A stretch of 64,000 bases of DNA from Polyangiaceae bacterium (GCA_050287085.1 JBNKBE010000010.1:64001-128000); one strand, 5' to 3'; positions 9,448-19,606 are shown, counted from the stretch's first letter. Notes: generated by a model from the letters alone, not told the origin. Translations and numbers: made by a program.

Positions 9448-10920
9448 GTGGCATCCATCAAGCATCAGCGTAGACAATTCATTCGCGCGGTCGGTGCGTC
9501 GGCAACGGCACTACCATTCTTCGACTTGCTGCGCTCTTCGGCCGTTCAGGGGCAGGGTTCTGGCGATCCCCTCCGCCTCGTCACGTTGTACACTTCTCAC
9601 GGCGGCGATTGGATCTACACGCGCCCGAAGGGCGTCAATGTCAGCAAGCGTGGTGTCAGCTCACCGATTGACGCGGAGAGCCTCAAGTTTGAGCACTCGG
9701 TGTTGGAGCCGTTGGCCAAGCACGTTTCGCGAATGATGGTGCTCGAAGGCGTCGGTATGACCGAAGGCTTGTTGCGCGGTGGTGGCAACGATCCGACGCA
9801 GGCTCGGACCTTGTTCGTTGGGCATGAGCACACAGCGGGGAATGCCTTCACGGGCTCCAGAATCGAGTGGCAGGGCGAGGAGGCGTATCCGCTGGGGCCG
9901 TCTCTGGAGTACGAGCTGGGGCAGCAGCTCGGGGGTGACACAGCTGTACGGTCCATCCAACTGGGGCTAGCGGCGGCAACTCATTCCCACGTTGGCTGCG
10001 TGTCATTCAACGAAAGCGGGCAGCGTTTGCCCGGGATTGGGGAGCCGCGGGAGTCCTTCCGACAACTGTTCGGAGACAACTTTGCCGTCTCCGAGGGGGA
10101 CACGGGTCCGGATCTCGAGTTGCGAAACAATCTGCGCGTCGTGGACGCCCTGCAGAAGAGCGCGGAGCGCCTGCGTGGTCGTCTCGCAGGACCCGAGCGT
10201 GCCAAGTTGGATGAACACCTGTCGGCGATGGCGGATATCGAGAGCCGGCTGGAGGCGCAATCGAAGGCGGTTATTCCGATAAGCTGCGGGGAGCCTTCGG
10301 CGCCTCCTGAAAAGGTGACGGACTTCCAGGAGGTCAGTCAGCTCCAGTTAGACGTTCTGGCTCAAGCTCTGGCGTGCAACCGTACACGCTTCGTCGGGAT
10401 GAGCTGGGGGAGCTCGATCAGCAAGATGGAGTTCCTGCATGGCAATGAGGTCGCTGACCTGCATTCCGATGTCGCGCACGCCGTCGACGTTCGCGACACG
10501 AGTGATGAGTATACGCCGGATTCGCTCAAGGCGTCGCAGCATATGGCGCAGGTCAATCGGTGGTACGCGACGCAATTGGCTCAGTTCATGGACCGCCTGG
10601 ATTCCATTCAGGAGGGTGACGGCACGGTGCTGGACAATACGCTCATCGTGTGGGCTCAGGACTTTGGGCCTCAGGTTCATGGGGGCCTGAACGTGCCCTA
10701 CATTTTGCTCGGCGGAGGCGCGACCCAGTTCAAGATGGGGCGTCATCTTCACATCAGTGACCCCGTGGATCCCAACGAGCGGCAATGGCCACAGCTGACG
10801 CGGGTCGAACGTTCAACCCCGAACAATCATCTCATGATCTCCATTCTGAACGAGTTTGGTATTGAGACGGATAAGTTCAATTCGGAGGAGTTCACGGGTC
10901 CGCTTTCGGACCTGACGTGA
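9448..10920 (+). CDS. DUF1552-family protein, Tat-exported
   Basis: RRQFI Tat motif; ERAKLDEHL, ALACNRTR, EGDGTVLDNTLI; usual partner of DUF1592; RBS GAGGAG. Confidence 0.9.
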   Translation: MASIKHQRRQFIRAVGASATALPFFDLLRSSAVQGQGSGDPLRLVTLYTSHGGDWIYTRPKGVNVSKRGVSSPIDAESLKFEHSVLEPLAKHVSRMMVLEGVGMTEGLLRGGGNDPTQARTLFVGHEHTAGNAFTGSRIEWQGEEAYPLGPSLEYELGQQLGGDTAVRSIQLGLAAATHSHVGCVSFNESGQRLPGIGEPRESFRQLFGDNFAVSEGDTGPDLELRNNLRVVDALQKSAERLRGRLAGPERAKLDEHLSAMADIESRLEAQSKAVIPISCGEPSAPPEKVTDFQEVSQLQLDVLAQALACNRTRFVGMSWGSSISKMEFLHGNEVADLHSDVAHAVDVRDTSDEYTPDSLKASQHMAQVNRWYATQLAQFMDRLDSIQEGDGTVLDNTLIVWAQDFGPQVHGGLNVPYILLGGGATQFKMGRHLHISDPVDPNERQWPQLTRVERSTPNNHLMISILNEFGIETDKFNSEEFTGPLSDLT

Positions 10921-12302
10921 TGTCCTCAGGCGTTGAGTCGGGGCTTGGCATGCGACTCCCCGAGGTGCTGTTGTGCCCGAGTTGCGCGCAGCCAGCGCTG
11001 AACTCCGATTTGCGGTGTACGGCTTGTGGCAAAGCAGTAAGTCACGTCGGGCGCGTGCCGATGCTGGTATCGGCGCCGGAGCGCTGGCTTGACCAGTTTC
11101 GCGGCGAGCTGCTCGCGACGCGCCGCGGTGCGGCGACGACGGTCGCCGCCCTAGAACGCGAAGCGCGCAAGCCCGGGCTATTGGCGACAACGCGTCGGCG
11201 TCTGGCTGCGCAGTGCGAAATCACAACGGCGCTGATCGATGATGTCGAGCGGGTCCTGTTGCCAGCGCTGGGCGAGCCGCGTGGGGACGAGCTCCCTCGT
11301 GTGGACTTCCATCCCCTTTCGGGGCTGCACTTTCTGCATCGCGACTGGGGTGGTGGCGGGGAAGAGGAAGTGGAGCGGACTTTGGATCTGGTTCAACAGG
11401 TGTTAGCGCCGCGCGCGCTCGGGCGCGCCCTGGTGCTGGGGACCGGTGGCTCCCGTCTTGCACACGAACTACACCTGCTTCGCGGTGCAACTTTGACGTT
11501 GGCCCTGGACGTCGATCCGTTCGTATTGCTCGTGGCGGAGTCGGTCACAAGCGGGAACACCGTGACGTTAACCGAAGCTCGCTCAAACGCGACCGACCTC
11601 GAGCAGCTGTCGAAGCGACGCGAGTTGCGACTGCGAGGCCCCCGCCCCGAGAACTTCCACTTGGCGCTCGCCGACGGCCTTGCTGCGCCCCTGCGCGAAG
11701 GCGTGTTTGATACGATCGTCACTCCTTGGTTCATCGATTTGGTTCCAGACGACATGAGAACCTTCCTGGGAACCCTTTCGCGACTGCTCGCGCCGGGTGG
11801 ACAGTGGGTCAACGTCGGACCTCTCTTGTACCCCGAAGAGCGTGGCTTGGCCTTGCGCTACTCCGAGCAAGAATTGTTTGAACTAGTGGAGATGGCCGGC
11901 TTTTCGCTGGGGGGGCGAGCGCACGATGTGGTCCCATTTTCCTATTCGCCCCTGGCACAGCGAGGAAAGCTCGAGGGGGTTGTTGCTTTCCGGGCGGATT
12001 GGGGGGCCTATGGTGACCGCGCCGGCGGGGTGCCAGCCGCCCACGAGCTGACGTTGAGTGGGGGGACGCTGCCAGCTTGGTTGGTGTTGCCACACCTGCT
12101 CGTCCCGCGCCTATGCGACGGCCCTGCGCCCGAGCAGGGCCGAGTTGGCCTACGCATCTTGGCGCTCGCCGACGGGACGCGTTCGATCGGCGACATCGCG
12201 CGTGCGCTCAGTGTGCACTCAGAAGCCGACGCGAGGGTGCTGACCGACGTTGTCCGTCATTGTCTCGTCGAAGTACTTCGCTTTCGCTCCGACGTGAGCT
12301 GA
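10917..12302 (+). CDS. SAM-dependent methyltransferase, carnosine N-methyltransferase (N2227/CARNMT1)-like
   Basis: HRDW, LVLGTGGSRLA, IVTPWFID, WVNVGPLLY motifs; N-terminal CPSC...CTAC; C-terminal DGTRSIGDIA. Confidence 0.75.
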   Translation: MMSSGVESGLGMRLPEVLLCPSCAQPALNSDLRCTACGKAVSHVGRVPMLVSAPERWLDQFRGELLATRRGAATTVAALEREARKPGLLATTRRRLAAQCEITTALIDDVERVLLPALGEPRGDELPRVDFHPLSGLHFLHRDWGGGGEEEVERTLDLVQQVLAPRALGRALVLGTGGSRLAHELHLLRGATLTLALDVDPFVLLVAESVTSGNTVTLTEARSNATDLEQLSKRRELRLRGPRPENFHLALADGLAAPLREGVFDTIVTPWFIDLVPDDMRTFLGTLSRLLAPGGQWVNVGPLLYPEERGLALRYSEQELFELVEMAGFSLGGRAHDVVPFSYSPLAQRGKLEGVVAFRADWGAYGDRAGGVPAAHELTLSGGTLPAWLVLPHLLVPRLCDGPAPEQGRVGLRILALADGTRSIGDIARALSVHSEADARVLTDVVRHCLVEVLRFRSDVS

Positions 12303-12310
12303 CGGCGGCG

Positions 12311-13294
12311 TTAGGGGCCGAGCGGCGCGTACTGGTGCACGCAGCGAACGTAGCGCCAGATGTCAGAGGGGACGTCGCTCCACAGCGCCCGAGCCAAGTT
12401 GGTTTCGAGGTGGGCCATCGTGCGCATGCCCACGATGGCTGCGGTCACCCCCGGGGGGTGAAGGGCTATGTTCAGGGCAAGCGTACAGGTATCGATATCT
12501 CGTTCGGCCGCCAGCTGACGATAAGCCAGGATGCGACGCCACTTGCGATCGCTATAGACTTCCTGATCGCTGCGCGCAGGACCGAGCCAACCGCCACCGA
12601 ATACACCGCGGACGAGCAGTCCTGTTCCACTCGCGGCCGCCGCGGGAATGGCTTCGTCGAGAGCTTCCTGATCGAGCAGGCCGAAGGGCAACTGAATGGC
12701 CGCGACGGCGCTGCATTGCGCCCAGCGGGGTACGTCGTCTAGGTCTTCCAGACCAACGCCAACGTAGCGGACTTTGCCCTCCCGTTGCAGCGCCTCCAAC
12801 GCGCTAAGCAGTGCGTCGTCCTGCGCTTGCGCACTGCGGGGTGCGTGAAGCTGGTACAGGTCGATGTAGTCGGTTCGCAACCTGCGGAGGCTGCTCTCCA
12901 CAGCTTTTCGCAAGTACGTAGCCGAGAAGTCTTGAGCGGTGAAGCGCGCTTGGGCGCCAGCGAATCGTTGTTGGCCCTTGCGGGCGACCTGGCGTAGCGG
13001 TTCCCACGGCCGAGTGCTTCCAACGTATTCGTCGAAGCGGTAGCCACCTTTGGTGGCGATGATCACCTCGCTGCGTCGTCGGTGTAGCGCCTCCCCGAGC
13101 ACGGCTTCACTGTCGCCGTCCCCGTAGGCATCCGCGGTGTCGAATAGGTTGATGCCGGCGTCGACCGCAGCGTTGAGGAGCGCATGGGCCGCCTTGCGCT
13201 TCTTGCCCGCCTCGGAGTAGCCACCCAAGCGAGAGCACCCGAACCCGATCACGGAAACCTCGAGGTCGGTCTGACCCAGTCGCCTTCTCAACAT
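12311..13294 (-). CDS. Aldo/keto reductase
   Basis: LGQTDLEVSVIGFG, FDTADAYG, IATK, SLRRLRTDYIDLYQLH. Confidence 0.95.
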   Translation of the reverse strand: MLRRRLGQTDLEVSVIGFGCSRLGGYSEAGKKRKAAHALLNAAVDAGINLFDTADAYGDGDSEAVLGEALHRRRSEVIIATKGGYRFDEYVGSTRPWEPLRQVARKGQQRFAGAQARFTAQDFSATYLRKAVESSLRRLRTDYIDLYQLHAPRSAQAQDDALLSALEALQREGKVRYVGVGLEDLDDVPRWAQCSAVAAIQLPFGLLDQEALDEAIPAAAASGTGLLVRGVFGGGWLGPARSDQEVYSDRKWRRILAYRQLAAERDIDTCTLALNIALHPPGVTAAIVGMRTMAHLETNLARALWSDVPSDIWRYVRCVHQYAPLGP

Positions 13295-13297
13295 GCT

Positions 13298-14779
13298 CTA
13301 GCGTCTCCGCAGATCTGCCGTTAGCTGGTCGGCAGCTCGTGCAGCGAGCGCCATGGCCGTCAGCGTCGGGTTCTTTTCGGGGCTCGTCGTGAAACAGGCG
13401 GCGTCTCCGACGAGGAGATTGGGAGCCCCGTATACGCGGTTGAAGGCGTCTACTACACCGTGTTCTGCCGAGGCGTGCATCCGGGCACTGCCGCCATAGT
13501 GAACAGCCCCCCCAGGGCGCACTTGGTTGGGCTCTAGCTCGGTCAGACGACACTGGTAGCCGGCGCCCGCGAGAATCTCAAATAGCCGTTCGCGCGCATT
13601 CTCGATCAGCGTCATGGCGTCATCGTCGAAGCGCATTTGTATCCTTGCTTTGGGCAGTCCATCCGGTGCGACCTCGGCTGGATGGAGATCGATGCGGTCG
13701 TCGGCGGTCGGCACCATGGTACCGAATACCTGGCAACCGAAGGAACGCGTTTCGCTCGGCAATAGCCCCAAGAGCTTCTCTTTGAGGTTGGTTGAGCCGA
13801 GAGTCCAAGATGTGCCCATGAGCGGGGGCGCCCCTTCGAAGGGCCCCCGCGTCATGTATGCGGACGGTTTGAGCCGGGGTAACGGCTTGTTCGTCTCGAA
13901 AGCCCACCATTCACGCGTATGATCGTGCAGGTAGCGTCCGACTAGGTCGCGATCGTTCCCGAGTCCGGTGGGAAAGCGCCGCGACTTGGAGTTGAGCAGC
14001 AGTCGCGCTGAGTGAATGGCGCCGGCGCAGAGGACGAAGGCGGCGCCAGCGCACGAGCGTTCGGCGCCGCTACTCTTGTCGCGGTACAACGCGGCCGTGA
14101 CAGTTCCAAGGTTTTCGGACCATTCGAAGCCCTGTACCTCCGCTCCGCTGACCAACTCGAAAAGGGGTGAACTTAGCAGGCCACGTACGATGCTGGAGTA
14201 GCTGTTAAAAGCGGTGCCCTGTCTGCGAGCGAAGAATGGGGCACCGTCGGCGAGGGGCAAAGTCAGTAGTCCGTGCCCTTGCTCGGCGGCAGCGCGGCTG
14301 GCTTTGTCCCAGCCTGGCGGCAGCTCCATGCGCCAGTCGGCGTAGCCGGCCGGCAGCGTCGGAAAGCTATGGCTCGACGCCACGATGCCCATGAGTCGTT
14401 CCGCTTTCTCGTAGTAGGGAACGAGCTCGTCGTACGACAGTGGCCAGACGTACTTCTCGTGCAGTCGTTGCCCGTCATAGAAGTCTTCTCGTGCAAAACG
14501 CGGAACGGCACCGGTCCAGTTGTTGGACATGCCGCCGAGAGCCAGGTTCATGAACCAGCGCGTGTTCTCCGAACGGTGATACTCAGCGGCGTCGCTTCCA
14601 AAGGAACCGGGAGGCTTCTTCCGGAATAGATTCTGACCGAAGGCGCGAACGAGTAGGCCGTCAGGGCCACTGGTCCCAGCCTCCAGCAGGGTAACGGGAA
14701 CGCCGTTGCGAATCAGTTGCCAAGCTGCGATCGCTCCGGTGGGACCGCTGCCGACGACGACGACGCGCTGTTGAGTCAT
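13298..14779 (-). CDS. GMC family FAD-dependent oxidoreductase
   Basis: VVVGSGPTG FAD motif, GRYLHDH, HYGGSARM, NPTLT; ATG 14779 with AAGGAG RBS. Confidence 0.92.
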   Translation of the reverse strand: MTQQRVVVVGSGPTGAIAAWQLIRNGVPVTLLEAGTSGPDGLLVRAFGQNLFRKKPPGSFGSDAAEYHRSENTRWFMNLALGGMSNNWTGAVPRFAREDFYDGQRLHEKYVWPLSYDELVPYYEKAERLMGIVASSHSFPTLPAGYADWRMELPPGWDKASRAAAEQGHGLLTLPLADGAPFFARRQGTAFNSYSSIVRGLLSSPLFELVSGAEVQGFEWSENLGTVTAALYRDKSSGAERSCAGAAFVLCAGAIHSARLLLNSKSRRFPTGLGNDRDLVGRYLHDHTREWWAFETNKPLPRLKPSAYMTRGPFEGAPPLMGTSWTLGSTNLKEKLLGLLPSETRSFGCQVFGTMVPTADDRIDLHPAEVAPDGLPKARIQMRFDDDAMTLIENARERLFEILAGAGYQCRLTELEPNQVRPGGAVHYGGSARMHASAEHGVVDAFNRVYGAPNLLVGDAACFTTSPEKNPTLTAMALAARAADQLTADLRRR

Positions 14780-14805
14780 GGGGTTGCTCTCCTTGCTTCG
14801 GAACG

Positions 14806-15999
14806 TTAGCGGCGGTTCGAGCGGGGGTGTGCTGGAGCGGCGAGTTGTTCGTAGACGCTCGCGATGCGCTCCGTCATCGCGGAAGCGGTAAACAGCGACA
14901 GTACGCGCTCCCGGCCCGCGTTGCCCATGCGTTTTGCACAGGCTTCGTCCGCCAGTAGTTGGGTTAGGTGTTCGGCGAGCCGCGGTACGTCCCACGGCGG
15001 AGATAGGAGTCCGGTTTCGCCGTGCACGACGACCTCGGGAGTGCCCCCATCCGTCAGCGAAACAACCGGTTTGGCGGAGGCCATCGCCTCCAGATAGACC
15101 AGCCCGAAGGGCTCCTCGAAGCTTGGCAGTGCGAAGACGTCACACGCGGCCATCAGCTCCGGAATGTCGCTCCGCTGGCCTGTGAAAGTGATCCGTTCTG
15201 TCAGCGCCAACGTTGAAGCGAGGCTTTCCAGTTCGGCGCGGAAGGACTTGCCTTGGAGGTGCGGAGCATCCTCTCCGACGATCACGAGATGAGCTCGCGG
15301 GCGCTCCTCGGCAACCCGTTCGAACGCGCGAATCAACTCTCGCTGGCCCTTGCCCTCGAACAAGCGTGCAACCGATAGGATGACCTCGGCGTTGCTTGCG
15401 ATGCCGAGTTGCGCCCTGACGTCTGCGACGGAGTAGCGTGCAAGAAACGGTGCTGGATCAATTCCATTGTGCACCGTGAACACCGGCCCCTTGCGCCCTT
15501 GTGCGTAGACGCTCTTGGTAACGAAGTCGGAGATGCTCACTACGCCGTCCGCGTGGCTGACGCCATAGCGCGGCAGGCGATCGTAGCCCGCAGCCCACTT
15601 GATGTGGACGTGTAGGACGCTTTTCGTCTGACATAGTCGTCCCAGGGCCAGATTGTAGAGGACTTCCCTGGGGCGCTCGCAGCTGTGCACGACCCGAATG
15701 CCTTCGCGTCTCACGCGTTGGGCAAGTTGCGCGGCCCCGACCAGCACCCGACCGAAGCTCTTGGCTCCGCCGCCGTCTCCGAGGCTTGGAGCGAACTCGG
15801 TTTCGATGATCTGCAGGTCGGGAACGTCCCGAAAGCGCAGGAGCGCTTGACTCGGTGCTGCCTTCGTTCCGGGAGCGCATGCCAAGAAGGGACGGAAACG
15901 GTCGCGGTCGAGTTCACGCAAAATGGATTCGTGAACTGCCGCATCCGCTCCAAAGCGTTCTCGCGCTTGGAGAAAGAGCACCCCAATGCGTTCAGCCAT
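14806..15999 (-). CDS. Glycosyltransferase family 4
   Basis: HNGID, ARL...KGQ, EPFGLVYLEAMA (EX7E). Confidence 0.95.
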   Translation of the reverse strand: MAERIGVLFLQARERFGADAAVHESILRELDRDRFRPFLACAPGTKAAPSQALLRFRDVPDLQIIETEFAPSLGDGGGAKSFGRVLVGAAQLAQRVRREGIRVVHSCERPREVLYNLALGRLCQTKSVLHVHIKWAAGYDRLPRYGVSHADGVVSISDFVTKSVYAQGRKGPVFTVHNGIDPAPFLARYSVADVRAQLGIASNAEVILSVARLFEGKGQRELIRAFERVAEERPRAHLVIVGEDAPHLQGKSFRAELESLASTLALTERITFTGQRSDIPELMAACDVFALPSFEEPFGLVYLEAMASAKPVVSLTDGGTPEVVVHGETGLLSPPWDVPRLAEHLTQLLADEACAKRMGNAGRERVLSLFTASAMTERIASVYEQLAAPAHPRSNRR

Positions 16000-16038
16000 G
16001 AGCATCAAGCGGTCGTGTGGGTCTAGATCGCGGCGGGG

Positions 16039-16542
16039 TCATTTCTTGCGCGGAGGCGGGTCGTCGATGGCAGCGGCGCAGATGATGTGCTGACGCCCAA
16101 TCTCTTGCACCGTACGCGCGACATCTCGAATCTTCATGGCTCCCAGGCGAGCGCATAGAATCGTGCCATCTGTGCCGCGCGCCACCGGCGATGTTACCGG
16201 GTTTTCCGCGCAGGGCGCCAAGGCGACGAGCACCGGACCAGATTCCATGGCTTGCCGCAAGTGCGCGAGGAAGACACCGTTGTTGCCCAGCCGTACCCCC
16301 GTCGCGTCGGCGACGTGGATCTGCTGTCCGAGATGCGCCATGCCGGTGCGGGCAAGGTTCATTGCGACCTCGATGGAGAAGTTCGGACCCGCACCGGGGC
16401 CAGCCGGAACAACGGCCAAGCAACGCCAGTGGCGCTCGATCGTTTGTAGCCACAAGCGCTCCCACTGCGGATCGCTCACGAGGTGATCTGACAACTGGAT
16501 ACTTCGCTGCACGTAGGGAGCGATTTGGCGATCCGTGGTCAT
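16039..16542 (-). CDS. Stand-alone bacterial tyrosine (BY) pseudokinase, EcpK/WzeX-like
   Basis: Resembles the Wzc/CapB kinase domain (VAMNLA, TDGTILCARLG..KIRDVARTVQEIG) but no GK[ST] Walker A and no Tyr cluster; sits in EPS locus. Confidence 0.7.
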   Translation of the reverse strand: MTTDRQIAPYVQRSIQLSDHLVSDPQWERLWLQTIERHWRCLAVVPAGPGAGPNFSIEVAMNLARTGMAHLGQQIHVADATGVRLGNNGVFLAHLRQAMESGPVLVALAPCAENPVTSPVARGTDGTILCARLGAMKIRDVARTVQEIGRQHIICAAAIDDPPPRKK

Positions 16543-17007
16543 TCATCCACCGTGAACCGCCCCGGGGCGGACTGCGAGTTCCTCATGTCGAAGTCGAATC
16601 ATCCCGCATGAGGCCTTGAAGCGGAAGCGGGGAGCGTGGCTGTGTGCCGGCCGAACTACCGGTGGAACGCCCGGGCATAGTCTCTAGTTCGCGGGGCAAA
16701 CAGCAGCAGTGAAACCTCCCTTTCAGGACGTGAGGTGATGCGCGCGCTGTCCATCGCTTTCGGCAGGGGACTTGTCGTGGTCCGGGCTGGGTTCCGTGGG
16801 TGGGTCCCCCTGGACTGGAGAGCGAGGGACGCGGCGCGGGGACTGACCCCGAGTCGGCGTGCGAGGCGACCCAGGAGGGGCTCGGTGATGACGTATATCG
16901 TCCAAGCGAGCGCCGAGTGGCCGGTCTTCTGGCGCCGCGACGGGCCGAGTTGTCGGGGCGAGTCCTTTGAGTGGACGCTTGAGCTGCACGGCTCATATAG
17001 TGCCACA

Positions 17008-18015
17008 ATGGCGGCCAAAGCGACGGTGGTTGTGCCTTCCTACAATACTGCCGCTACCATTCGACAGTTGTTGGACGCGCTCCTGGCGCAGGAGGGCTTT
17101 GACCGGGTGGACGCTGTGATCGTCGTCGACTCGTCCGATGACGGCAAGACTCAGGACATTGTCAGGGAGTACCAGGCGGAGGGCGTGCGACTGATTGTTT
17201 CGGGGGTGCGCGTGATGCCCGCGAGACAGCGAAACATCGGAGCGCGAGCCGCTACAAGTGAACTCTTGGTGTTCATTGACGCCGATGCGTTCCCGGCTGC
17301 TGGGTGGCTGAAGGCCATCTTGCGGGCCTACGACGGTGGCATTCTGGTCGGGGGAGGCAGTTACGCTGTGCCGGACTTCCAGCAGCAGAGCGCGATTGCC
17401 CTGGCCCAGTACTACCTCGAATTCAACGAGTACATACCGGTCGGGGCGCCCCGACCGAAGCGCATGTTGCCGACCTGCAATCTCTTCTGCGATCGAGCGT
17501 TGTTCGAGCGGGTGGGGGGTGTTCCGGAGATCCGCGCGTCCGAGGATACGCTCTTTGGATTGCGCGTCAGTGAGCAGCATCCGGTCATGTTCATTCCGGA
17601 GGCCACGGTCAATCACCAGTTTCGTGTCGACCCCGGTCATTGCTTTGCCAATCAGGAGCTGCTCGGGAAGTACGTCTACGTGTACCGCAGGTACGTGTAC
17701 AAGCCGCGCTACCTAGAGCCAAACTGGGTTGCGCTTACGTGGCCGCTCTTGTTGGGCGTGAAGCTGTGTCGAATACTGCCTCGCATCGTTCAGGCCGGGC
17801 CCGTGCATTGGAAGCCATTTGCCAAGTCAGTGCCGCTATTCGCCAAAGGGTTGGCACATTGGGGAATCGGCTTTCGACAGGGCAGTCGCGAGTACGATGA
17901 GCTGATAGCGACCTTCGCCGAGGCGGATGCGGTCAACACAACCGCGGCTGAGGTGAGTGCGGCTGAGGAGAGTGCGTCCGGGGCGAGTGCGGCTAAACGG
18001 CAGTCAAACATATGA
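17008..18015 (+). CDS. Glycosyltransferase family 2
   Basis: VVVPSYN, VVDSSDD, ARQRNIG, FIDAD, SED motifs. Confidence 0.93.
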   Translation: MAAKATVVVPSYNTAATIRQLLDALLAQEGFDRVDAVIVVDSSDDGKTQDIVREYQAEGVRLIVSGVRVMPARQRNIGARAATSELLVFIDADAFPAAGWLKAILRAYDGGILVGGGSYAVPDFQQQSAIALAQYYLEFNEYIPVGAPRPKRMLPTCNLFCDRALFERVGGVPEIRASEDTLFGLRVSEQHPVMFIPEATVNHQFRVDPGHCFANQELLGKYVYVYRRYVYKPRYLEPNWVALTWPLLLGVKLCRILPRIVQAGPVHWKPFAKSVPLFAKGLAHWGIGFRQGSREYDELIATFAEADAVNTTAAEVSAAEESASGASAAKRQSNI

Positions 18016-19520
18016 ACTCGACGGCACCGGATAGCACCTCCAAGGGACCAGGCCGTACGGCTCGTCTCATCATCAAGAATACCGCTTACCTCACGGCGGC
18101 CCAGGTCGTGACGATTCCGATCTCGATCGGTCTCAACGCGGCGATGGCGCGTACTCTGGGGGCGGAGGCATTCGGTACCATCTACTTCGTGACTACCCTC
18201 GCCACGTTCGGGTACTTGCTCGTCAACTTTGGCCACAGCGGCGCCATCCCGATGATCGTGGCGCAAGACAAGAGTCTTGCGGGCGCCACGTTGGCGAGTA
18301 GCTTGGTTGGCCGCGCCGGCTTAGCGCTTCTTGTCTACGCGCTACTGGCTATCGGTTGTGCCGTTGCTGGCTACGATGCCAACACACAATACGCGCTGCT
18401 CATCGTGTTCATCACGCACGGGCTCATATCCATCCACGCGGCGTGCAAAGACACTATGCGTGGCCTTGAGCGGACCGACCTTCCCGCGGCTATCCACGTC
18501 ATACAGCAGCTATTGACGGCAGCGGTGACGATTCCAGCGCTCTACTTCAGTGGCAATCTGCTGGTGGTTCTGACGATGGCAGTCGTCTCCCACCTGCTCT
18601 TTCTGCCGCCCGTCGTGCGGATGGTACGCTCGACGGGAGTGGGCCGTCTTCGCTTCGATCGGGCGACGCTTTCTCGTCTCTACCTGGTGGGAGCGCCTTG
18701 GGTTGCGTCCTCGGTGGCGACCGAACTTCAGCCCAATCTGGACGCGTTGTATCTTTCGCAGCTGGCTCCCGCAGAGGTCATGGGGTGGTATGCGGTATCG
18801 CGTCGCTTGATTGGGCCATTGCTTCTTCCGGCTACGGCGCTCTTTGGCGCGGCCTACCCGACGCTCTGCCGTCTTCACGCCTCGGATCGCGAAGGCTTCA
18901 TCTCGACCTCGCGCGGCATGCTGAGCAACGTGGGACTCGTGGTGGTCCCGGTAGCAGCGTGTACGGGGCTGTTTCCCGAAGCGGGCATCGCCATCTTCGG
19001 TCGAGAGGGGTTTGCGGCGGCTGAGGATAACATGCGGATCCTGAGCGTGTTCCTGCTCTTTCTGTACTTCAGCATGCCCATTGGTCAGACGGTATTGGCG
19101 TCCGGTCGGCAGCGCGCTTGGGCGGTGGTTCAGGCGTTGTGCGTCGTCAACAGTCTGATTCTCGATCCGTTGTTGATTCCTCTATTTCAGAAGAGCCACG
19201 GCAATGGAGGGTTGGGGTTGTGCGTGGCCGCTGTCGTGTCGGAGGCGGTGGTTGTCGTGGGGGGCATCGTGCTGCTGCCCAAGGGCGTTCTCAGCTGGGG
19301 TGTACTGCGGAGCCTCGGACTGTCCGGGTTGTGTGTTCTTCCCATGGCGGTGATCGCCTGGTTCGGGCGTGGGTTTTCGGTGTGGCTGGTCGCACCGGTA
19401 GCCGTTGTGGCCTACGCGCTGTCCGCCTGGTGGACGGGAGCTGTAGAGCGCGACCATGTGCGCGCGCTGGCGACGCGCGTGAGGGCCAAGCTGTCTCGGG
19501 GCAAAGGTAAGTCGTCTTGA
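18012..19520 (+). CDS. wzx: Polysaccharide flippase (Wzx)
   Basis: IIKNTAYL start, ARTLGAEAFG, MGWYAVSRRL, 12+ hydrophobic segments; ATGA overlap with GT2. Confidence 0.9.
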   Translation: MNSTAPDSTSKGPGRTARLIIKNTAYLTAAQVVTIPISIGLNAAMARTLGAEAFGTIYFVTTLATFGYLLVNFGHSGAIPMIVAQDKSLAGATLASSLVGRAGLALLVYALLAIGCAVAGYDANTQYALLIVFITHGLISIHAACKDTMRGLERTDLPAAIHVIQQLLTAAVTIPALYFSGNLLVVLTMAVVSHLLFLPPVVRMVRSTGVGRLRFDRATLSRLYLVGAPWVASSVATELQPNLDALYLSQLAPAEVMGWYAVSRRLIGPLLLPATALFGAAYPTLCRLHASDREGFISTSRGMLSNVGLVVVPVAACTGLFPEAGIAIFGREGFAAAEDNMRILSVFLLFLYFSMPIGQTVLASGRQRAWAVVQALCVVNSLILDPLLIPLFQKSHGNGGLGLCVAAVVSEAVVVVGGIVLLPKGVLSWGVLRSLGLSGLCVLPMAVIAWFGRGFSVWLVAPVAVVAYALSAWWTGAVERDHVRALATRVRAKLSRGKGKSS

Positions 19521-19606
19521 GCGAGAGCTTGCTGTCTATGGGTGCGATCAGCGAAGGGTAAAAACTCCTGCAACGGGTGAGGGACACGCGTTCTATGTCA
19601 GCGGCG

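Noticed and set aside
14780..14995. N-terminal extension of the GMC ORF
   Set aside because: Overlaps the GT4 gene; RBS and FAD motif support ATG 14779
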